Shown: positions 55,656 to 64,000 of the stretch, one piece after another
Position numbering within the stretch: the stretch's first letter is position 1
Layout of the letters: every line of letters begins with the position of its first letter
Assembly (NCBI GenBank): GCA_964035545.1
Contig: OZ037766.1
Coordinates: 3,286,001-3,350,000, forward strand
Length of the DNA stretch: 64,000 nucleotides
Origin: Bugula neritina
Taxonomy: Eukaryota; Animalia; Bryozoa
Reading direction: 5' to 3'
Made by a program: the position numbers and the translations under genes
The notes under the pieces: generated by a model
Told to the model about the DNA's origin: nothing
Databases searched by the model: none
What the model saw: only the letters and a program-made list of their open reading frames with translations

Positions 55656-55830
55656 GGGAGCAGTTGTGGTCTAGGGGTCAGAGCGTTTGCCTAGTAAGCA
55701 TAAAGTCATTGGTTTGAAGCCAATAAAGGCCACCGATGATGTTACGAAGACCGTCCAGTTATTTAGTTGCCCCTGTGTCCCGCATCTGAATAAGTCCTTA
55801 GCCCGATTTAACAAAAAATCCTTTCCATCA
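55656..55830 (+). mobile_element. tRNA-derived SINE-like repeat, family 2
   Basis: Head GGGAGCAGTTGTGGTCTAGGGGTCAGA; body (CATCTGAATAAGTCCTTAGCC) shared with 33205-33381. Confidence 0.65.
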
Positions 55831-55924
55831 TGGGTTTTTAACAAGGATGATGATCATACACTTTCGTGGGTTTTATACTGGGAATGATAGATGCAGCATG
55901 GGTCACAGAATGCAGAATTTGTAT

Positions 55925-56023
55925 GCGCATAGCGGTCTAAATTACTTGGTTAATGCCCTGCTTGCCAGTCGGAGGTCTGCATGTGGTTCAAATCCCAGTG
56001 GGGGGGGGGGCAATTATTTTACA
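55925..56023 (+). mobile_element. tRNA-derived SINE-like repeat, family 1
   Basis: GGTTCAAATCC B-box and GGCAATTATTTTAC tail. Confidence 0.55.
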
Positions 56024-56148
56024 ACCTTTTTTAGCCTTTAGTAAAGTGTATAGTAGTACTGAGGGGTGCATGAGTTAAAAGGCAAAGGGAGCCTGAAGAC
56101 TGAAAGAGTAGTAGATAGGCCAGTGGAGTTTTTGAGAACTGGGTGGGA

Positions 56149-56260
56149 TGTAGTGTTGAGTTTACCCAGTGACTCCTGTGGTGTAATTAGTTAGCGCACC
56201 TGCTGGTAAGCCGGAGGGCTGCTTGTATAGTTCAAATTTTGGTGGGGCAACTATTTTACA
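56149..56260 (+). mobile_element. tRNA-derived SINE-like repeat, family 1
   Basis: Leader TGTAGTGTTGAGTTTACCC, GTGGTGTAAT A-box-like motif, GGGGCAACTATTTTAC tail. Confidence 0.55.
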
Positions 56261-58926
56261 ATAGCAGCTGTATATATAGTGCCAGTCATACTATTACTAA
56301 TTAAGTATAAGGTAGAATACAGGCATATATTTTAATTGCATTATTATTCAAGCCTGCAGATCAAAGGGTATATCAGCTACTTCCAATTTCCAATGTGGTA
56401 TAAAGTTATTAAAATATCACAAGACAAACCACGACTCAGCACCTTTCTTATACACATAATATCCTTATAATGCATCTTTGGAAGATGCAAAAAACTACTC
56501 CACTGCAAGAGTGCTCACTGCACTATGACCCCTTCTACTCTGTTGCCAAATAACATGTTCCCATGCTTTAATATAACCATTATATTGCATGAATATATTA
56601 GATGGTGTTTTGAACATGCAGTGCTAACATTTCTTAAGTCCAGCTTTGCTGAAAAGACACACATCCATTTGATTCACTGCATACAGAAGAATATGTACTA
56701 TAACTTATATACACCAATTATATGAAACTGTCTTTGTTGATTATAAAATTATTCTAGTTTTTAATTGCACCCCTGCATGCATGTGTGTGTGATTCACAAC
56801 GGGCAGCTATTTAGCTCTCTGACAAATGGCCATGGAATTGACAACCCTCACCCCCCCCCCTCCCCTGTTTTCAATCTAGTGGTTGAATGCTAAAATCTGA
56901 ACCGATGTTTAATTCAAACAGAAAACATCTAGCTTTTCTTTCATAATTTGATATTCATGCAAGAGCTCAAACGGATTAAAGTTTTTGTGAATAATCAAAT
57001 TTAGAATTTAGGAGAAATAATATTATATTACATTATATGATTACTTATAGTTTACACCAGAAATTATTAGCATAATATGCAAATTACTAAAATTAAGGAG
57101 CATATATTATTATATAGGATCACCAAATGTCATGTATATATATAGTTAGCCTAGATTTAACTAACTTGTGTAAAGCTTGTTTCCTATAATATTTTACCTG
57201 TTCACCTGCTTTAATTATTCATAAGCAATTTCTGGTTTGAATACTATAGTCTGGTATAGTGCTGTAAGTATTGTGAATTTGAAAACGTGCTGCTTTTCAT
57301 TTTTATATACATACAACTCACAGTTTATAGGCATCACGAGTTTTGGTCTCCCCATGCAGCTTTCAATTTCTAGTGAGAGTTCCATGGTTATCTTATAAGT
57401 CAAGTTGCAAAGAATTGCTAAGTTTTGGCTTTACACCAGCACTTGCTAGCAGTTGAATCTGAATTAAAAATTTGCGGTATGTTTTAAATTATATCTGTTT
57501 GTAATAGTACTAAATGTTTTATAACTTACCCCCATCAGTCAAGTATGAAATATGTGCAACTTAATAGGGATAAAAAGCGCAAGTTTACACTTTAATGAGT
57601 TATAACTTGTCATTTAATTATTGATATATGTCTGTTATAAAAAATGGATTAATAAGAAGCTTTGTGAATTAAAATTTGTAGAAAACATACTTCTATGCCA
57701 ATTTTCTCAAAAAATAAGTTGCTTTTTGCATTATGGCAATAATAATATTGAGGGATCGTTCCTTTACCCAAGTTTATATATTATACTTTGTTATTTTCAT
57801 TACTTGTAGTCATTAGTATATTTCTAGACCTATAATGACTTGCTAGTGCCTGAAGTTGTTGTTATTTCAGCGAAAGTAAAACAAGCTAATTTGAAGAATA
57901 TATTAACAAAAGTGACATATCATATGGCACAATATTTTGTTGTAAATCAGTTGCTGTTCTTAGTTTGCAGTTTGATAATTCAGAAAAAGCTGTTTAATAA
58001 AAGGATACGCGGAATAACTTATTATATTGCTAAGCTGATATTGGACCTTCTTCTCAATAACAATTTTAGGACCCTAATATAAAAACCGCCAGCGTTTTAG
58101 AGTTAATGCGTATAGCTAGCCTAATAATTATACAAGATGCTGTAGCCTCTGTAATAGAAGTATAATTTACGTTGATAATGATAGTTCTCATGGTCATTTT
58201 TCAATTAAAAAATTATTATTTGGGAAGTGACTATATTAATCATGTGAAAAGGGGCAGTTCAAACAGTGACTGTGCAAAATTCTTAGAGAAAAGAATATTT
58301 CCTACAAAAACCAGAACATTCTAGTGTGTTTTAATTAATTTGACATGATTATTAGGGAAGCTGATTATACATGATTAATGGAACTACGCAGTGCCCTTTA
58401 TATTTATAAAACAAGAAGCTATATATATGTTTATCGTACCACAATTTTTAGGATGTTGAAACACTTTATATCCGCTATATACTTAACGACACACTTAGAA
58501 TTTGACACACACAGTAATTAATATTATGTTGATCAATGCCGGTATCACAGCATATAAATAGAGTTGGAGTTGACTCAGTTATTCAGAATCTACTTTCTAG
58601 CTGAACTGTACGCAAGCTGTCTACAGATAAGTAAGTATTTATATATATAGTTATATAGTGTAGCATTTATAAAATATAGAATATATTAAATAATGTTATA
58701 TTTTAATCAAAGATTATAAATGTTACCACTCAATCTTTGCATATATAGCATGCATAAGCTATTTATTTTTAATTAAAGCGGGCAATTACAATATTGTTGT
58801 TTAAAAACTAAAATGCTGTGAATTTATAATTTATTTTAAAAAGTAAATATCTGCTAATACCAAACTTGGTAACAGCTAGTGTTGATTTAGCTAACAATTA
58901 TTGTTTGTAGTTAAAAACTCAGAATC

Positions 58927-59229
58927 ATGAAGGTCATCGCAATCCTATTGGCTGTCTGTTTGGCACTTGCTGCTGCTGCCAACTATAGAGGGTATCCAAG
59001 CAGAGGCAGCTACAACAGACCAGCTCACTACAACAACAACTACAACAACAACTACAACAGAGGATACTCCAACACCAGACGAGGTTACAACACCCGAAGA
59101 GGTTACAACACCCGAAGAGGTTACAACAGCTACAACAGAATAAGGTCTGGTTACAACAGCTACAACAGAAGGAGCTCATACAGTAGCTACAGACCTGTAC
59201 GAAGAGTATCTTACAACACTCAATACTAA
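58927..59229 (+). CDS. Secreted class B2 peptide precursor (100 aa, three RRGYN units)
   Basis: Signal peptide [22 protein letters not shown] 58553-58560; predicted introns 58631-58910 and 59242-59460. Confidence 0.9.
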   Translation: MKVIAILLAVCLALAAAANYRGYPSRGSYNRPAHYNNNYNNNYNRGYSNTRRGYNTRRGYNTRRGYNSYNRIRSGYNSYNRRSSYSSYRPVRRVSYNTQY

Positions 59230-62200
59230 TAACTCTGCATGGTAAGTTTGCATTTAATTTATATATAAAGTACTGTTTCAATTATCTGTATATATACTAA
59301 AGATAAAATGTAATGCAAATATTATCCAGTTATATACAATAGTATAAAATGATTAGTTTTACATATTGTTAAGGAGTTATGCGGAGGAAATTATTTTGAT
59401 TTCAGTTTTTTCTAACCACATCATATATTTATAAAATCTAATTATTTTTATATATTATAGAACCTAATGAATGAAACACCGAAGATTCTCCCCAAATGAT
59501 GAACTCGACTATGATCATATAACTTCTTATTACAACTTTTTTGTTGTTGATTTAATTGTTCCCATCTTTACTTAACTGTTAATTTTGTTGTTTACAAATA
59601 TAATGCATTGAAAATTATCAACAGGCTTAGCTTTTGCTAAATAAAAAATTAAAATTTATAATTTAGTATATATAATAGAAAGTTTATATGTGCTCTATAT
59701 AATTTCTGATAATTGATATTGTAGCACATGAAATAAGCCAATGAAAATATCTTCCTACATATTAAAACTGCATGTAACAATCTATGTCAACTTTGAAAAA
59801 CTGTCTAAATATCACAAAAAGTATTACAATTTTATTCAAATTATTGTATTCACAAAACTTTGAAAATATCTCAATATACTGCGTAAATGAAAGGCATTGG
59901 AGCTTTATTTTGAGAAGCAGCTAAAAATTTAGATTCTCATGATAGTTTTTATATACTGTACTTTATAATGTAAGCATCAAATAGGGCTTACCTATTTATA
60001 AACTTGAAAAGCATAAACATTATTGAAACTGTTTATTGTTAAAAAAATGCTATGCCAGGTGAGAAAATTCATAAAAAGCTGTTGATGCATACTCTTACTA
60101 TTGCAATTCAGCAAAGATGTAATATCTTTTAGAATGCAAATGCATTATCGCAAATAAAATATTTTTTAAATGTTATGATATTAGGGAGATTTGATATGGA
60201 AATAATTTATTATATAGAAATATATTAAATCATGCAACTCCTGAAGATATTATAATATTGCAACAGGAATTTGTAATATCAAGTTGAATAACTATAAGCA
60301 TATATAACTACTTATAAACATACACTATAGTAAGACGTAGTAAGGGGCTTCACTACCATCATCATGTATGAAAACTGTTTGAAATTACAAGTCAAAATTA
60401 AAATTGCTATACAATTAAAATAATAATCAAGCCTGGTTTAGAGAAAACAACTGTATATATATTTATATCTGACAATTTTATCATGACTCGCAGTACAGCA
60501 CTATATTGCGCCATTGACTTTTAATCTATTAAAAGAAGTATAATCTGCATATTATATAATACTGGCATGCTGAAACTATAAAGTTGTTTACAAATAAAGA
60601 AGCATAAAAAGTTACTTGTGTTTTGTTAAACACTAAATTGAATTAAGTTTCTCTAATTAATTTACATTTACCAATACTTTTGATATTGTCATCTAAAGCA
60701 TTGCATTTTTTTACATGATTTTTGAGTAACGGTCATTTTACTTTTTAGTACGTCGCCATACACGCTAGCAATTTAGCAAATTTACTAAAATGTCTTTTGA
60801 TTTGTTTAATTTTTTGTACTATAAAACAAATTATTATGTAGTCTGTTTTGATTTATACGCACAAAAAGAAAAAATGATAGTTGTACCCTATAATAAATAG
60901 CTTTTTAAGTTTTTATACTTATAAAACTAACATCCAATACATAATTTCTATACATATATATTTTTTTATTATATTAATGATGAAATGACTTTTTTGACAA
61001 ATACAAATAAAAAGAGAGTAATAAAACTCTGTGCATATATATTTATTTTGCTTCCACATTACAGTTTGAAACATTTTTAGATGCCATTAGTACAAGGTAA
61101 CATAAATGCTGATTTCATAGTTAAAGGTAGCAGCCAGAGAGAATTATTTGTGAATACATAACTCAGCAATAGAGCTATTGCGTTCTTAGTTTTTTATCCT
61201 AATATGCATGAACTGCACTAGCGAGATTAAATAAAACTTTACTTTCTCTACATACGCTTCCCAAATAAAAACCACGTATGCTATCACAGCAATGATCAAA
61301 GATAGTTATAGGGAAAAAAGCAATAGACAAGCACAACAATTAGCTAAAGTAAATATATTTCCTATAGAAAAAAAATTCAAATACAAAGCAAAGCTTATAT
61401 ATAGTAAGTTATTGTAACTTGAAGAAAGTTCTCATATATAGCAATTTGATGCAACGTTTCAACAATATTAAAGTCTCTTAACCTCATAAGACCAGACTCA
61501 CATGAAGTGATGTTGAAAACAAATTAATATAATGATTAAAATTTCTTCACACTATTTCTAAATTAATTGCTCAAACATTAATTATATGTTTGATGGTAAG
61601 ATTTCGCAATAGCATTTGTATTTAAAGAACAATCGAAGGATCATGTTTTACATGAAGCAGCATGGTGTTTGTGATGCCAACATTGTGAACAACTATATAA
61701 TAGAGAGTGCAACTATAGGATATAAAACATAATATATGCTATTTATAGAAATAGGATTTGTAACTGCAACGTGCTAAACTATTATTAACTAAATACAAAG
61801 TATCTCTATACTAAGCATGCATTATATTTTTGTTGCTGTTCATTTTTAAATCAAAAGGCACAGCAGCTATAACATCATGAAGCATATATTCTAAAGGTTT
61901 TTGAACAGCTTAAATTTTTTTAAGGGACTTTTGGAATTTTTTTAACCGCTACTTCGTTAAACAAATTCCAAAAGCCACTTACTCATGACTTTTTCTAGCC
62001 TGTTTCCAAATAAGATGCATTCGTATTAAATAACTAATATAGCTTTGTCCACGAGCTTTCAAATTTCACGAGATTTAAGTTTGCTATAATAAACAGAGTA
62101 TACCTTGCCAGGTTGAACATGTACTAAGTATAATACAAAACAGATAATCTTCGTTGATTGGGCAGGTTTCACTATTTATAAATTGGCAAAATGCTCCTAG

Positions 62201-62306
62201 ATTACAGGTTCTGGAATTTTATATTGCGTAGCTAAAAATTCTTTTTTAAGAAAAATTAAGGAATTTTAGACATAAACTGAACTTAACTGCATGAATATCT
62301 AATCTC

Positions 62307-62408
62307 AGCTACAACAGCTACAACAGAAGGAGCTCATACAGTAGCCACAGACCTATACACATGCAGGGTTTCTTACAGCAACCATGCAGTACTAAAAATC
62401 TGGTAAGT
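62307..62408 (+). pseudogene. Class B2 pseudogene fragment (3' part of the coding exon)
   Basis: SYNSYNRRSSYSSHRPIH matches the C-termini of the 58927 and 32033 genes. Two 4-bp frameshifting insertions, TAA 62393-62395, GTAAG donor at 62403; no signal peptide found upstream. Confidence 0.8.
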
Positions 62409-64000
62409 TGTTAATTGGAGCAAAATTGCCTTGAGTAATTTAACATTAATCAAAAATACACTAATGTATATATTATAAGCACAAAACATGTCTAAAATTT
62501 TAAAAAATATTTTAATAAATTATTACTTTGCTATACCTCCTTATATGCTAGCCTTTTTCGAGTTTTAAATTATCAAAAAATATAATCTCACATAAATTGT
62601 AAATGTATCACACCATAAATGAAAATAACCTATTATTTCATTTTTATTTGCACATTATGTTCTGTGCAAATTTTGAGTAAAGTTTAAATGATCCAACACC
62701 AGCTCTTAATCTCAAAATGCAGAATAATATATATAATGTTTTTTGGTTAACAGGCTTTAGAAAATGGGTGGAAGGCAGAAATAATAAAGATTTAGAGAAA
62801 CTGACTTTTCAGGATTATGGAACCTGATCATGGATCATAAAATTAAATTCTTTAACATTAAAACTTCTTGTTTGTTGTTTTTTATTTCATATTCACTCAA
62901 ACTGTTTCTTATTATTTTCACCTTTTTAAATTGTTATTAACTGTTATACTTTTTTTGACAAATAAAATAATTAAAACAAACATAACCTATACAATTGCAA
63001 TAAAATTATGAGGCAATCAAAATGATTAGCAAATCAATGTAATAGCTAGGATATACAATTTGCATGCTATAAACTATTATTCTAATTATTAAGGTAAAAT
63101 CTGTATACAAGTTTATTAGAATTATTTGATCTATAACTTTCAAATAAGACCTTATTCTGATCAGTTTTGCCTATTACATATACATAAGTAGCTTGTAAAA
63201 ATAAGCATGAAAACAAAAAATATAAATTCATCATCTAAAAAAATTACATATTCAAAATATTATATATTTATTTATGACAAATATTATGCTTTAGCAATAA
63301 TATTAATCTAAAAGAATATTCATACAGTTGGAAGGCTAGTTTTATTACTATATCAGAGTTGTGTTTCCTTAACTCTGGTCTTAAAAAAATCAATTTTACA
63401 TGCTTCAATGGCTTTTAATGTCAAACAAATCATTTTCTGCATAAGTTTTTAATATGACTCATGAAAATTTCTTGGACATAAAATAAATGAACTGGACTGA
63501 AACTGAGCTGAAATGAAAAATAAATGGACTGGTAAATACGTAATTCAACTAATATATGTGTGTCAATATAATATATGGAGCGGCAAGTGGTTTCAGTATA
63601 CCTATATATTGTATCTCATTATATAGGCTTACATGCAGTAAAGTATTTAGCCATAATTCTTCCTCATATACTCACAAAGCCATCTCATAGGTCCATATAA
63701 TTTGCTCTCATACCTATCATTATTTATGCTCTTATAGGTCTGCGGCTAATAGCAGAGATTTTACATTTATCATTTTATTCAACATTTTGAGCATATTTGC
63801 AGCTTAAAGAGAAAAACACAGTTTTTCTCTTAAATGCACAATTATTGGCTGCCAGTAAAAAAAGAGCTCAATAAGTCAGATATACTACTTTCAAGTTATC
63901 TGGTGAAAATGAATAATTACTGTATAACTATTAAAACAAATTTATTTAAAAATAATTATACTGTTGCTAGGTTTTTTAAATTCCATCTTATAAAATTATA

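Overview
Very AT-rich eukaryotic (probably invertebrate metazoan) genomic DNA dominated by a cluster of 12 intact genes and 3 pseudogene fragments for small secreted precursors of 69-100 aa. All share the signal peptide MKVI(A/S)ILL(A/S)VCLxLxxA followed by a low-complexity Tyr/Asn/Gly-rich mature region with no Asp, Glu or Cys. There are two chemistries: a His/Lys/Pro 'GPSNYGY' class (5 genes, class A) and an Arg-rich 'RGYN' class (7 genes, class B). Every gene shows the same predicted layout: TATA box, non-coding exon 1, one coding exon, and an intron 8-36 nt after the stop codon. The first ~30 kb is a large imperfect palindrome (arms ~1-11.9 kb and ~18.3-29.9 kb around a central gene) containing older head-to-head gene pairs. 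33.5-44.5 kb is a direct tandem duplication, and several copies are mosaics suggesting gene conversion. Also present: a decayed Penelope-like retroelement with a degenerate type I hammerhead ribozyme, two tRNA-derived SINE-like families, a 106-bp fold-back palindrome and many (TA)n/(TG)n microsatellites. I cannot assign a known gene name or a species; splice sites and functions are inferred by eye.
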